Notes under the pieces: model-generated
Told to the model about the DNA's origin: nothing
Databases searched by the model: none
The model's input: only the letters and a program-made list of their open reading frames with translations
Translations under genes and position numbers: made by a program
Part shown: one piece after another, positions 21,178-32,026 of the stretch
How positions within the stretch are numbered: the first letter of the stretch is position 1
How the letters are laid out: each line of letters opens with the position of its first letter
Assembly (NCBI GenBank): GCA_033721235.1
Contig: JAWWAY010000007.1
Span: forward strand, 60,731 to 124,730
DNA length: 64,000 nt
Direction: 5' to 3'
Source: Pseudohongiellaceae bacterium
GTDB taxonomy: Bacteria > Pseudomonadota > Gammaproteobacteria > Pseudomonadales > Pseudohongiellaceae

Positions 21178-22005
21178 ATGAAAGTAGCTAGTCAGACAAG
21201 TTCGTTTTCAGCATACGGTGATGCTAGAGACATCCCGCGTGGAGCTGTGTCGACAAAAAAACCAGTGCAACAGAACAAGCCTGAAAGAAAGAGCCGTGTC
21301 GGCTTGTTATTGATTTTGCTGCTCATGAGCGCTTCGGTTTTCTTCTTTCAAAAGCAAGAGCAGGTATTGGCCTATATAAGCAAGCCCGTCGATAAAGTGC
21401 TGATTGCTAATGCCCTGAATAAGGTCGATGAATTAAGACTTAGACGGCTGTTGGCGCAGCATATGAATGTGGGTTTCTTTGTTCTAGATGTGAAGAGTAT
21501 TAAGAGCGCGCTTGAAGAAGATGCCTGGGTAGAGAGAGCAACAGTGAAGCGTGTTTGGCCAGATACGCTGTCGGTGTCGATTGTAGAAGAGGTGCCAATA
21601 GCGCGATGGGGTGAGGCGAGCTTGCTAAGCCAATATGGACAGATATTTACGCCTGATACTGTAGAGAGCGAATTCAGTTTGCCTTTATTGGAAGGGCCCG
21701 ATGGGAGTCAACATCGCGTGATGGAGCACTACCAGGTGTTCAGTCAAATGATTTCCAATTCCGGCTTGCGAATCGCTTCGCTTAGTTTGACTGATAGGGG
21801 AAGTTGGGCAATGAGTTTGCAAAACGGTATCGAGATTACGATAGGTCGAGATGACGTATTGGAAAGAATGCAGCGTCTAGTGAATCTGTACGATCGCCAC
21901 TTGGCGTCTAAGGTTGATGAGATAGCGACATTGGATTTACGTTATAACAATGGTGTTTCAGTGAAAAGAAAAGCCGAATTTCTAACTGGGATTGCCGCCA
22001 AATGA
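21178..22005 (+). CDS. ftsQ: Cell division protein FtsQ
   Basis: 275 aa with a single TM helix followed by POTRA/FtsQ-type periplasmic domains. It sits between ddl and ftsA. Confidence 0.9.
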   Translation: MKVASQTSSFSAYGDARDIPRGAVSTKKPVQQNKPERKSRVGLLLILLLMSASVFFFQKQEQVLAYISKPVDKVLIANALNKVDELRLRRLLAQHMNVGFFVLDVKSIKSALEEDAWVERATVKRVWPDTLSVSIVEEVPIARWGEASLLSQYGQIFTPDTVESEFSLPLLEGPDGSQHRVMEHYQVFSQMISNSGLRIASLSLTDRGSWAMSLQNGIEITIGRDDVLERMQRLVNLYDRHLASKVDEIATLDLRYNNGVSVKRKAEFLTGIAAK

Positions 22006-22087
22006 CACATTTAGCATTACTGGAAAATATGAGAGAAATTAAAGTGATAACTGTCGAGTGTTTCACCTATATGGGAGTACACGGCCA

Positions 22088-23323
22088 ATGAGTGAATCAG
22101 CACGCGGGAATTTAATTGTCGGACTTGATATTGGCACCTCGAAAGTGGTGGCAATCGTCGGCGATGCAAAAGCTGATGGAAGTCTGGATATTGTTGGGAT
22201 TGGAAGTTACCGCTCGAAAGGCTTGAAGAAAGGTACCGTCGTCAATATTGAGTCTACGGTTGAGTCTATTCAGCGCGCGATAGAAGAAGCGGAATTGATG
22301 GCAGGGTGCCAGATACACTCTGTTTATGCAGGTATTGCTGGCAGCCATATTCGTAGCATGAACTCTCATGGCATCGTGGCAATTAGAGATGGTGAAGTGA
22401 CTCGTGCGGATATCGATAGGGTAATAGATGCCGCGCAAGCTGTGGCAATACCGGCGGATCAGAAAGTACTTCATATCCTTCCTCAGGAATACATTATCGA
22501 TACTCAGGAAGGTGTGAAGGAGCCCTTGGGAATGTCAGGTGTGCGCTTAGAAGCAAAAGTGCATCTGGTGACTTGCGCTATTAATGCTGCTCAGAACATC
22601 GAAAAGTGTATCAAGCGTTGCGGGTTGATGACCGATGAAATTATTTTAGAGCAATTGGCATCAAGCTACTCCGTTCTAACCGAAGACGAGAAAGAGCTGG
22701 GAGTCTGCCTGGTAGATATCGGCGGCGGTACTAGCGATATTGCCGTGTTTACAGAGGGAGCGATACGCCATACCGGTGTTATCCCTATCGCAGGCGATCA
22801 GGTTACTAACGATATTGCTATGGCGCTGCGTACACCAACCGAAGATGCTGATGAAATAAAAATTAAATATGCCTGTGCTCTCACTCAGCTCGCCAGCGCG
22901 GGTGAAACCATTAAAGTCCCAAGTGTCGGCGATAGGGCGCCAAGAGAGTTGTCTCGACAAGCATTGGCCGAAGTGATTGAGCCTCGGTACGACGAACTAT
23001 TTACGCTCATTAAAGCCGAGTTGCAGCGAAGCGGGTATGACAATTTGTTAGCGGCTGGAATCGTACTAACCGGCGGTACGAGCAAAATGGAAGGTGTGGT
23101 CGAATTGGCGGAAGAAATTTTCCATGCGCCTGTGCGCATCGGAGAGCCTACCGGAATTAAAGGTTTGACCGATATTGTGAAGAATCCCATCTACTCAACA
23201 GGTGTTGGCTTGCTTCTATATGGTTTAAAGCAACAACAAGATAAAGAGTTTCATACACCAGTGCGTGAGCCGCAAGTGAGTGTATTGCAGAGAGTAAGCG
23301 ACTGGATAAAGAAGTCATTTTAA
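22088..23323 (+). CDS. ftsA: Cell division protein FtsA
   Basis: Actin-like ATPase (LIVGLDIGTSKV, VDIGGGTSDIAVF) with a C-terminal amphipathic helix. The ORF-track GTG 22058 was replaced by ATG 22088, which has GGGAG 10 nt upstream. Confidence 0.95.
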   Translation: MSESARGNLIVGLDIGTSKVVAIVGDAKADGSLDIVGIGSYRSKGLKKGTVVNIESTVESIQRAIEEAELMAGCQIHSVYAGIAGSHIRSMNSHGIVAIRDGEVTRADIDRVIDAAQAVAIPADQKVLHILPQEYIIDTQEGVKEPLGMSGVRLEAKVHLVTCAINAAQNIEKCIKRCGLMTDEIILEQLASSYSVLTEDEKELGVCLVDIGGGTSDIAVFTEGAIRHTGVIPIAGDQVTNDIAMALRTPTEDADEIKIKYACALTQLASAGETIKVPSVGDRAPRELSRQALAEVIEPRYDELFTLIKAELQRSGYDNLLAAGIVLTGGTSKMEGVVELAEEIFHAPVRIGEPTGIKGLTDIVKNPIYSTGVGLLLYGLKQQQDKEFHTPVREPQVSVLQRVSDWIKKSF

Positions 23324-23384
23324 GTTTTTAACTGATAGTTTTTTAATTAGAAAAATATAGAAATAGTTTTTACTAGGAGGCCTT

Positions 23385-24551
23385 ATGTTTGAATTGATCG
23401 ATAGTATCCCTCAGAACGCCGTAATCAAAGTGATCGGTGTTGGTGGCGGCGGTGGTAATGCAGTGCGTCACATGATCGCAAACCAAATAGAAGGTGTGGA
23501 TTTTGTTTGCGCTAATACAGATGCTCAAGCGCTGAATGACTTGGGTGCCAAGACTCTTCTTAAGATGGGGCACGGCGTAACTAAAGGCTTGGGAGCTGGT
23601 GCTAACCCAGATATCGGTCGCCAAGCGGCGCTAGAGGATCGCGATGAGATCGCCGAGATTCTGGCCGGTGCTGACATGGTGTTTATCACCGCTGGTATGG
23701 GTGGAGGCACTGGTACAGGCGCTGCACCAGTATTTGCAGAGGTGGCTAGAGAACTTGGTATCTTGACCGTGGCGGTTGTTACTAAGCCTTTCCCATTTGA
23801 AGGCAAGAAGCGTCTTAAGATTGCAGAAGAAGGCATTCTTGAGTTGTCAGAGCACGTGGATTCGCTTATTACCATCCCTAATGAGAAGTTGCTTGAGGTA
23901 TTAGGTAAAGCGGCTAGCTTATTGGATGCATTTAAAGCGGCCAATGATGTGTTGCTTGGCGCGGTGAAAGGTATTGCCGATCTCATTATGCGCCCAGGCA
24001 TGATCAACGTCGATTTTGCAGACGTGCGCACGGTTATGTCCGAGATGGGCATGGCGATGATGGGCACCGGTTATGCGACAGGTGAAGATCGAGCTCGCGA
24101 GGCGGCTGAAGCTGCCATTCGTAGCCCTCTATTGGAAGACGTTAACTTAGAAGGCGCTCGCGGCATTTTGGTTAACATCACCGCTGGGGAGAATTTGTCT
24201 CTTGGTGAGTTCACAGAGGTGGGTGACACGGTCGAGGAGTTTGCCTCAGATGATGCCACTGTCGTTGTTGGCACCGTTATCGATCCGAGTATGGGTGACG
24301 AAATTCGTGTCACAGTAGTGGCGACTGGCCTTGGTGAGCGCCCAGCGGCTGCGGCTCCAAAACCCGTAGAGAGCACAGCGCCGAAGGCTGTTGTGACCGA
24401 CTATCGTCAACTGGATAAGCCAGCCTCAATGCGCACACGTACGACGCCGGCCCAACAGGTCTCTCAATCAGGCTTGGCTAAGGCTGTAGGTGCAGAGAAT
24501 GACATGGATTATCTCGATATTCCTGCATTTCTACGTCGTCAGGCCGATTAA
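23385..24551 (+). CDS. ftsZ: Cell division GTPase FtsZ
   Basis: Tubulin signature [11 protein letters not shown] and the conserved C-terminal peptide [15 protein letters not shown] strong RBS (AGGAGG) precedes it. Confidence 0.98.
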   Translation: MFELIDSIPQNAVIKVIGVGGGGGNAVRHMIANQIEGVDFVCANTDAQALNDLGAKTLLKMGHGVTKGLGAGANPDIGRQAALEDRDEIAEILAGADMVFITAGMGGGTGTGAAPVFAEVARELGILTVAVVTKPFPFEGKKRLKIAEEGILELSEHVDSLITIPNEKLLEVLGKAASLLDAFKAANDVLLGAVKGIADLIMRPGMINVDFADVRTVMSEMGMAMMGTGYATGEDRAREAAEAAIRSPLLEDVNLEGARGILVNITAGENLSLGEFTEVGDTVEEFASDDATVVVGTVIDPSMGDEIRVTVVATGLGERPAAAAPKPVESTAPKAVVTDYRQLDKPASMRTRTTPAQQVSQSGLAKAVGAENDMDYLDIPAFLRRQAD

Positions 24552-24747
24552 TAAAGGGCCTTTCAGTTCTAGGGCCCACAGGGGCCCTAGAAAATACATG
24601 GGTATTTGAGCGCTCTTAGGGCGACCTTTGCGGTGAGCGATATTGGTGCACCCAGTTGTTGGGTTATCTAGAGTAATTTGATATTATCGCGCCAGCGCCA
24701 AATGCGGTATTCGCGCAGGCTGAACAAATAATCGGGAATGACCATCT

Positions 24748-25659
24748 ATGCTAAATCAAAGAACCTTGAAAAATGTGATCAGAGCCACTGGCGTTGGCCT
24801 TCACAATGGTGAGAAAGTCTACCTGACATTGAGTCCAGCACCTGTGAATACAGGTATCGTCTTTAGACGTACAGATTTAGACCCAGTGGTGGAGATACCT
24901 GCGAAAGCCACCTATGTTGGGGATACGACATTATCGACTACCCTTATAAAGGGAGATGTTCGCATTTCGACTATCGAGCACCTTATGTCGGCCATGTCTG
25001 GTTTAGGCATTGATAATGCCTATATCGACGTCAGCGCTCCGGAAGTACCCATTATGGACGGTAGTGCGGGGCCATTTGTTTTTCTTATCCAGTCGGCTGG
25101 CATTGAAGAGCAAACAGAGCTGAAGAAGTTCATTCGCATTAAGAAGCCTCTTCGCGTGGAAGACGGTGATAAGTCCGTTAGTTTAGAGCCCTTTGATGGC
25201 TTCAAAGTGAGCTATACGCTGCTTTATGACCACCCTGTGTATCGTAAGTATACAAAGACGGCTAGCGTTGATTTTTCAAGTACCTCATTCGTTAAAGAAG
25301 TGAGCCGTGCTCGTACATTCGGCTTTATGCATGAGTTTGAAGAGCTGCGCAATCGTAATCTGGCCTTGGGCGCCAGCATGGATAATGCGATTGCCGTGGG
25401 TGACTATAAGGTGCTTAACGAGGACGGTTTGCGCTACGAAGATGAGTTCGTCAAACACAAAATTCTCGATGCGATTGGCGACCTATACATGATAGGCTTC
25501 AGTTTGATTGGCGAGTTTAAAGGATATAAATCTGGACACGCGCTGAATAATGAATTATTAAGAGCGCTGGAAAGAAATAAAGACGCCTGGGAAGTTGTTA
25601 GTTTTGATACAGATTCTAATGTACCAATTTCCTATATGAAGCCCGTTTTGGCTGCCTAA
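24748..25659 (+). CDS. lpxC: UDP-3-O-acyl-N-acetylglucosamine deacetylase LpxC
   Basis: 303 aa starting MLNQRTLK, with [16 protein letters not shown] and [10 protein letters not shown] motifs. It is downstream of ftsZ, as in most gammaproteobacteria. Confidence 0.97.
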   Translation: MLNQRTLKNVIRATGVGLHNGEKVYLTLSPAPVNTGIVFRRTDLDPVVEIPAKATYVGDTTLSTTLIKGDVRISTIEHLMSAMSGLGIDNAYIDVSAPEVPIMDGSAGPFVFLIQSAGIEEQTELKKFIRIKKPLRVEDGDKSVSLEPFDGFKVSYTLLYDHPVYRKYTKTASVDFSSTSFVKEVSRARTFGFMHEFEELRNRNLALGASMDNAIAVGDYKVLNEDGLRYEDEFVKHKILDAIGDLYMIGFSLIGEFKGYKSGHALNNELLRALERNKDAWEVVSFDTDSNVPISYMKPVLAA

Positions 25660-25764
25660 GCATCTGATTTGGCTTGCCTTTTTGGGCGGGCCTTTGCTGG
25701 TTTATTCTGCTGGCGCTAGGTCTCAGGTGTTCTGATAAACGAATAACGAGCACACGCGAGAACC

Positions 25765-26697
25765 ATGAAAGTCATACTCGTTGACCAGCGTCACGGTCAC
25801 ACACGTACTATCGTCCTCAAAGGCTGGCTAAAAGGCCTCCTATCTATTTGTGCCCTCGGAGCGCCAGTGGCGTTCGGCTATTTGGGGTACGAGTTTGCTA
25901 TTTCCGAAGACAATCAACAGGCTTATGCGCTGGAAAGTGCCCAGGAGTTTGGCGAAGAGATAGAGTCTCAGGCCGATGCCTTGTCTCGCTTGCAGCTAGA
26001 GTCCGAACAACAGATGGAGGCTCTCACCAAGCGCTTGGCCATGATGCAGGCTAGGCTATTGCGTTTAGAAGCGCTGGGCGACAGAGTCACCGATATGGCT
26101 GAGCTTGACGCTGGAGAGTTTGATTTTAGCTCTCCTCCTGCCGTTGGTGGGCCGATTAGCGCCCATGAGTTAGCGTATTCACCCCCCCATTTCTTGGACG
26201 CTATCGCCGAGCTCGAAGCTCAAATAGCAGACAGAGCCCAGCAGCTAGAGACTCTCGAAGCCGTAATGGCTAGCAAACAGTTCGAAAACGAAGCTTTTAT
26301 TGCTGGCAGACCAGTCAAAAGCGGGTGGATATCGTCCCCGTTCGGTCGTAGAACAGACCCTTTTAGCGGACGACTCGCATGGCATGCGGGTGTCGACTTT
26401 GCCACCGGCGAAGCGGGGGCAGACGTCATTGCTGTAGCAGCTGGCGTAGTAACCAAGGCTGGAGAGCGAGGCGGCTACGGCCTATCCCTAGATATTAACC
26501 ACGGCAATGGCTATGTGACTCGTTACGGGCACGCACAAGAGCTGAAGGTCGAGGTTGGCGATATTATTAAGAAAGGCCAAGTAGTTGCGCTAGTGGGCAG
26601 CACTGGTCGCTCAACCGGCCCTCATGTTCATTTTGAAGTGTATAAAAACGGTCGTGTTGTTGACCCAGCCTCCTATATTCATCGCACGGAACGCTGA
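25765..26697 (+). CDS. M23 family (LytM-domain) metallopeptidase, membrane-anchored with coiled coil
   Basis: It has an N-terminal TM helix, a coiled-coil region and a C-terminal LytM motif set (HAGVDFA ... GSTGRSTGPHVHFEV). It occupies the lpxC-secA interval, as a homologue does in Pseudomonas. Confidence 0.85.
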   Translation: MKVILVDQRHGHTRTIVLKGWLKGLLSICALGAPVAFGYLGYEFAISEDNQQAYALESAQEFGEEIESQADALSRLQLESEQQMEALTKRLAMMQARLLRLEALGDRVTDMAELDAGEFDFSSPPAVGGPISAHELAYSPPHFLDAIAELEAQIADRAQQLETLEAVMASKQFENEAFIAGRPVKSGWISSPFGRRTDPFSGRLAWHAGVDFATGEAGADVIAVAAGVVTKAGERGGYGLSLDINHGNGYVTRYGHAQELKVEVGDIIKKGQVVALVGSTGRSTGPHVHFEVYKNGRVVDPASYIHRTER

Positions 26698-26842
26698 TTC
26701 CCCCCCTCCTATGTTTGTCCCCTGATAGAGAGTAGCTAGAGGCCTTGTCGGCCATGCTTTCGCTATCGGTTGTCAGGTGATTTTTCACATGACCCTAAAA
26801 CCCTTTTGATTGAGCAAAATTACGTAATTCAAGGTTAAAAGC

Positions 26843-29617
26843 ATGAAACTATTACAGGCCATTTTTGGCAGCAGCAATTCTCGAAAACTCAAGCGTTTAC
26901 AAAAGGTCGTAAACAAGATCAATGCGCTGGAGGAGAGTATTAAAGCGCTGTCTGATGAAGAATTGCAGGCCAAGACGCCAGAGTTTAAACAGCGACTAGA
27001 GCAGGGGGAGACTCTGGATCAGTTGCTGCCTGAGGCTTTCGCGGTGGTGCGAGAAGCCTGTCAGCGCACCATGGGTATGCGTCACTTCGATGTGCAGCTC
27101 ATTGGGGGCATGGTGCTGCACGAAGGCAGCATTGCCGAAATGAAAACCGGTGAGGGCAAGACCTTGGTCGCCACTCTGCCGGCTTATCTGAATGCGCTGA
27201 GCGATGAAGGGGTTCACGTAGTAACAGTGAATGACTACCTAGCCGAGCGTGATGCTAATTGGATGCGTCCGCTCTACGAATTCCTTGGTTTATCAGTAGG
27301 AGTCATTGTCTCAGGTCAAGGGCAGGAGCAGAAGCGTGCAGCCTATGCCTCGTCAATTACCTACGGTACCAATAATGAGTTTGGCTTCGACTATCTGCGT
27401 GACAATATGGCATTCCGCTTGGAAGACAAGATGCAGAAGGCCTTAAACTTCGCCATTGTCGACGAGGTGGACTCTATTTTGATTGATGAGGCGCGTACAC
27501 CGCTTATCATCTCCGGCGCGGCTGAAGACAGCTCGAAACAGTATCAGGCTATTAACGATCTTATTCCTAAATTAGAGAAAGGCGAGGGTAAACCCGAGAA
27601 AGGCGGCTTTAGCTTAGATAAAGACGATGGCTTCGAGGAGTCAGGACACTTTGTAGTCGACGAGAAGTCGCGCCAGGTGGAGTTAACCGAATCTGGTCAC
27701 GAATTTATTGAAGAGCTGCTGATAAGCAATAATCTGTTGGCCGAAGGCGAAAGCCTTTACGCGGCCACCAACCTTGGGCTGCTGCACCATATTCATTCTG
27801 CGCTCAAAGCGCATTATCTATTTAACAAGGACATCGAATATATTGTCCAAGACAATAAGATTGTTCTGATTGATGAGCATACTGGCCGTACAATGGAAGG
27901 GCGACGCCTCTCTGAGGGCCTGCATCAAGCAATTGAGGCGAAAGAAGGCTTAGAGATTCAAAGTGAAAGCCAAACATTGGCCTCCACTACTTTCCAGAAT
28001 TATTTCAGACTGTATAAGAACCTCTCCGGTATGACCGGTACGGCCGATACCGAGGCGTTTGAGTTTAAGCAGATCTACGATCTAGATGTGGTTGTGATTC
28101 CTTCTAACCGCCCTATGCAACGTATCGATAAGAACGATCTTATCTACCTGACAATGGAAGAGAAGTTCGAGGCGATTGTTCGCGATATTAAAGAGTATAG
28201 TGCCAAGGGCGCTCCTGTATTGGTGGGCACCGCGTCTATCGATACTTCTGAGATACTCTCGAAGTTCTTAACGAAAGAAAAAGTTAAGCACGAAGTTCTG
28301 AACGCAAAATTTCACGAGAAAGAAGCCGTTATTATTGCCCAGGCCGGACGCCCAGGAGTGGTGACCATTGCTACCAATATGGCCGGTCGTGGGACGGACA
28401 TTGTTCTAGGTGGTAACTGGGAGCACGAAGTCGCGAGCATGAGCGATAACCCTACGCCTGAGCAATTGGCTGCGGCCAAGGCCGAGTGGGAGAAGCGCCA
28501 TGAACAAGTATTGGCGGCTGGTGGCTTGCATATCATTGGTACCGAGCGACATGAATCTCGTCGTATCGATAATCAATTGCGTGGTCGTTCGGGGCGACAA
28601 GGCGATCCAGGTTTCTCACGTTTCTACTTATCGCTTGAAGACAATCTCATGCGCATCTTCGCTTCCGAGCGCGTGAAAAACTTCATGCAGGCTTTGGGCA
28701 TGGAGAAGGGTGAGGCGATCGAGCATGGCATGGTGTCTAAGTCTATCGAGAAGGCGCAACGTAAAGTGGAAGGCCGTAACTTCGATATTCGTAAACAATT
28801 GCTGGAATACGATAATGTCGCTAACGACCAGCGAACAATTGTGTATCGTCAGCGCAATGAGTTAATGGCCAGTGAAGACGTCTCTTCGCTAGTGACCAAT
28901 ATGCGCGCTGAAGTGGCTAATGAAGTGGTGAGTAATCATATTCCAGCGCAAAGCGTGCCAGAGCAATGGGATATTGAAGGGCTGGAAAAAGCCATCGAGG
29001 CGCAGTTCGCTAAGAAGCTGCCCATTCAACAGTGGTTGGATGAGGATGACAAGCTATTCGAAGAGGCCTTGCGAGAAAAAATTTCGACTACTTTGCAGGA
29101 GGATTACGATGCCAAAGTAGAGCAGGTGGGTGAGCGCATCCATCTACTTGAGAAGCAGATAGTCCTGCAGATTCTCGACAATCTGTGGAAGGAACATCTC
29201 GCGGCAATGGATCAGTTGCGTATGGGTATCTTCTTGCGTGGTTATGCTGGTAAGAACCCCAAGCAGGAATATAAGCGCGAAGCTTTTGCCTTGTTCCAAG
29301 ACCTCTTATCGAATTTGCAGCATGAGGTTATTCGCTTTCTAAGCCATGTACAGGTGCGTACTAACGAAGAAATTGACGCACTAGAAAAGCAGCGTGCAGA
29401 AGAGAAAGCGCGTGAAAAAATGGAATTCCAGCACGCTCAGGCGGCGGCAATGCAAGCGCAGGCTTTGGAGTCTAAAGCGGCAAACCCAGCGGCATTGAGA
29501 CCAGCTGGGGCGGAAAAAGCGCCTTTTGTTCGTAGTGGGCAAAAGGTAGGGCGTAACGACCCCTGTTACTGTGGGTCCGGTAAGAAGTTTAAACAATGTC
29601 ACGGGAAACTGAGTTAA
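26843..29617 (+). CDS. secA: Preprotein translocase ATPase SecA
   Basis: 924 aa with Walker [14 protein letters not shown]-like [19 protein letters not shown], and the C-terminal zinc-binding tail [14 protein letters not shown]. Confidence 0.98.
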   Translation: MKLLQAIFGSSNSRKLKRLQKVVNKINALEESIKALSDEELQAKTPEFKQRLEQGETLDQLLPEAFAVVREACQRTMGMRHFDVQLIGGMVLHEGSIAEMKTGEGKTLVATLPAYLNALSDEGVHVVTVNDYLAERDANWMRPLYEFLGLSVGVIVSGQGQEQKRAAYASSITYGTNNEFGFDYLRDNMAFRLEDKMQKALNFAIVDEVDSILIDEARTPLIISGAAEDSSKQYQAINDLIPKLEKGEGKPEKGGFSLDKDDGFEESGHFVVDEKSRQVELTESGHEFIEELLISNNLLAEGESLYAATNLGLLHHIHSALKAHYLFNKDIEYIVQDNKIVLIDEHTGRTMEGRRLSEGLHQAIEAKEGLEIQSESQTLASTTFQNYFRLYKNLSGMTGTADTEAFEFKQIYDLDVVVIPSNRPMQRIDKNDLIYLTMEEKFEAIVRDIKEYSAKGAPVLVGTASIDTSEILSKFLTKEKVKHEVLNAKFHEKEAVIIAQAGRPGVVTIATNMAGRGTDIVLGGNWEHEVASMSDNPTPEQLAAAKAEWEKRHEQVLAAGGLHIIGTERHESRRIDNQLRGRSGRQGDPGFSRFYLSLEDNLMRIFASERVKNFMQALGMEKGEAIEHGMVSKSIEKAQRKVEGRNFDIRKQLLEYDNVANDQRTIVYRQRNELMASEDVSSLVTNMRAEVANEVVSNHIPAQSVPEQWDIEGLEKAIEAQFAKKLPIQQWLDEDDKLFEEALREKISTTLQEDYDAKVEQVGERIHLLEKQIVLQILDNLWKEHLAAMDQLRMGIFLRGYAGKNPKQEYKREAFALFQDLLSNLQHEVIRFLSHVQVRTNEEIDALEKQRAEEKAREKMEFQHAQAAAMQAQALESKAANPAALRPAGAEKAPFVRSGQKVGRNDPCYCGSGKKFKQCHGKLS

Positions 29618-29621
29618 TACA

Positions 29622-30839
29622 ATGAGCATTCATGAGCTAAAGGAAAAAGACTTACTGGATATTGAGGGCGTTCGCCTAGCGACAGTCGAGGCGGGTATTC
29701 GTTATAAGAATCGCCAAGACCTAGTACTCATGGAGATCTGTCCGGGCTCTCGAGTCGCGGGTGTGTTTACCAAGAATGCCTTCAGAGCGGCGCCTGTCCA
29801 AGTGGCGATGGATCACCTGAAGGCAAGCGCAGGCGCTATACGCTACTTGCTTATCAATACGGGTAATGCCAATGCCGGTACTGGTCAAAAGGGATTGGAG
29901 GACGCGCTTGCCAGTTGTCGCTACGTGGCAGAAGCCGCAGGAGTGGATGCGAATACCGTATTGCCTTTCTCTACGGGAGTCATTGGCGAAAACCTACCAA
30001 TGGATAAGATACTTGCTGGTGTCCCTAAGGCACTCGCTGCGTTGGGCGGCACGTGGTTTGACGCCGCTAAAGGCATTATGACTACGGACACTCACCCTAA
30101 AGGGCGTTCGGTAACCCTAACGTTGGCCGGTAAAACGGTCACCATTACGGGCGTGTCTAAGGGCGCAGGCATGATCAAGCCGAATATGGCCACTATGCTC
30201 AGCTATGTGGCCACCGATGCCGACATTGCGCAAGCCGAGCTGCAACGCATGCTGAGCGGCTGCGTAGATCAATCGTTTAATCGCATTACAGTCGATGGTG
30301 ATACCTCTACTAATGATTGCTGTATTCTAATTGCGACAGGAAAGAGCGAAGTGGTCTTGCAGGCAGGAAGTCACGATTTGGAGCAATTTGAGACGGCGTT
30401 GCGCGCATTGGTACAGGACTTAGCCAAAGACATTATTCGCGATGCCGAAGGCGGAACGAAGTTTGTCACAGTCGATATTCAAGGCGGTAAAGATACGCGC
30501 GAGTGTTTGCTGGTGGCCTATGCAGTGGCGGAGTCGCCATTAGTGAAAACGGCGCTGTCGGCCTCAGACCCTAACTGGGGCAGAATCTTAGCGGCCGTTG
30601 GTCGTGCAGGAATTGAAGACCTAGATGTGAGCGGTGTTGAAGTCTACCTAGGGGATGTTTGTATTGCTGAGAATGGCACTCGAGCGGCCTCCTACACGGA
30701 AGAACAGGGCCAAGAGCAAATGAATAAAACGGATATCTCTATTACCGTTAAGCTAGGCCGCGGAGAGGCCAGAGAAGTCGTTTGGACGTCTGATTTCTCA
30801 GAGGAATATGTTCGTATAAACGCCAGCTACCGCAGTTAA
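29622..30839 (+). CDS. argJ: Bifunctional glutamate N-acetyltransferase / amino-acid acetyltransferase ArgJ
   Basis: 405 aa with the autoprocessing site KPNMATMLSYV (A|TML), plus TVDGDTSTND and a YRS C-terminus. Confidence 0.95.
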   Translation: MSIHELKEKDLLDIEGVRLATVEAGIRYKNRQDLVLMEICPGSRVAGVFTKNAFRAAPVQVAMDHLKASAGAIRYLLINTGNANAGTGQKGLEDALASCRYVAEAAGVDANTVLPFSTGVIGENLPMDKILAGVPKALAALGGTWFDAAKGIMTTDTHPKGRSVTLTLAGKTVTITGVSKGAGMIKPNMATMLSYVATDADIAQAELQRMLSGCVDQSFNRITVDGDTSTNDCCILIATGKSEVVLQAGSHDLEQFETALRALVQDLAKDIIRDAEGGTKFVTVDIQGGKDTRECLLVAYAVAESPLVKTALSASDPNWGRILAAVGRAGIEDLDVSGVEVYLGDVCIAENGTRAASYTEEQGQEQMNKTDISITVKLGRGEAREVVWTSDFSEEYVRINASYRS

Positions 30840-30845
30840 ATCGCA

Positions 30846-31814
30846 ATGCCCAATGCGCAATCACAGTTAGTGCACGTGGCCGTTGGGGTTATCGTCAATG
30901 ACTCGGCTCAGGTGCTTATCGCCCGTAGAGCGCCGGATGCTCACCAAGGTGGCTTATTGGAGTTTCCTGGGGGTAAGTGTGAACCTGGGGAGACTGTACA
31001 GCGGGCTCTTGCGCGAGAGCTGCAAGAAGAGCTGGGTATTTCGGTGGCCTCCAGCCGCCCCCTGTGTGTCATTCAGCATGATTATGGCGATAAGCATGTC
31101 ATGTTGGATGTATGGGTGGTGGACAGTTTTACGGGCGTGCCCATTGGGCAAGAGGGGCAACCCCTTCATTGGCTAGATATAGATAGTCTAAGCTATGCCG
31201 ATTTTCCTGCGGCTAATCGCAGCATTATCGCTCATCTTCAGCTTCCTAATACCATCGCTATCACGGGCGCTTTCTCCTCCATTGCCGATTATAAAAAGCG
31301 CTTAGACTATGCTCTGGATGCTGGAGTTCCTATGCTGCAAATGCGAGCCAAGACGGGCCTTGGCGCAAGCGAGTTTTTGACCTTGGCCGATTATAGTCGC
31401 CAGTGCTGCCACGCTCGCGGCAGTAAATTCATCGTTAATACCCACCAGCAGGCGCTTCTGGGTGTTGAAGCTGACGGAGTTCATGTGGGCAGTGAATTGG
31501 CTGCCACTTTGCAACGGCGTCCCGTAAGCGATGCTCAATTGTTCGGTGTGTCTTGTCATGACTTGTCAGAGCTATTCCACGCCCAGTCGATAGGCGCAGA
31601 TTATGCCTTTCTTTCCCCTGTACAAGCGACTCAGTCCCATCCAGAGGCCAAGCCTTTGGGCTGGCAGCAGTTCGCAGATCTCGTCGCTCAAGTAAACTTG
31701 CCCGTTTATGCATTGGGTGGAATGACTGCCGCAGATGCCACGAAGGCTAGAGCCTGTGGGGGTATTGGGGTGGCGTCTATTTCGGCCTTTTGGCCCTCAA
31801 TATCACAGAGTTAA
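30846..31814 (+). CDS. mutT: Nudix 8-oxo-dGTP diphosphatase (MutT) fused to a thiamine-phosphate-synthase-like (ThiE/TenI fold) domain
   Basis: The N-terminus carries the Nudix box GGKCEPGETVQRALARELQEELGI. The C-terminal ~190 aa have TMP-TENI-like features (VHVG..., YALGG). The same fusion architecture is known downstream of argJ in Pseudomonas. Confidence 0.8.
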   Translation: MPNAQSQLVHVAVGVIVNDSAQVLIARRAPDAHQGGLLEFPGGKCEPGETVQRALARELQEELGISVASSRPLCVIQHDYGDKHVMLDVWVVDSFTGVPIGQEGQPLHWLDIDSLSYADFPAANRSIIAHLQLPNTIAITGAFSSIADYKKRLDYALDAGVPMLQMRAKTGLGASEFLTLADYSRQCCHARGSKFIVNTHQQALLGVEADGVHVGSELAATLQRRPVSDAQLFGVSCHDLSELFHAQSIGADYAFLSPVQATQSHPEAKPLGWQQFADLVAQVNLPVYALGGMTAADATKARACGGIGVASISAFWPSISQS

Positions 31815-32026
31815 GAATATTAGCCGATAGCTCCATAGGGGCGCGAAAACATGCTAATTTACGCAAAACTGTTATTATTCAAGCTAACTTAGCGGCAATA
31901 CTGTGACCTGAATCACCGCTTTGTGTGGTAAAAGCTTGAATTTATTGGGTTTAAGCGCATAATTCGAGGCTTAGCTATAGCAATAGAGTCAAAACTAATG
32001 TGTTTTGCAGGCAAGGAATAGTAACC

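Noticed and set aside
23525-24376. 180-aa and 101-aa minus-strand ORFs antisense to ftsZ
   Set aside because: These are shadow ORFs produced by the Gly/Ala-rich codon bias of ftsZ. Their Ser/Pro/Ala-rich translations look non-biological.
26698-26842. secM-like leader peptide upstream of secA
   Set aside because: No ORF with an arrest motif is present. The space upstream of secA is instead occupied by the M23 peptidase gene, as in pseudomonads.
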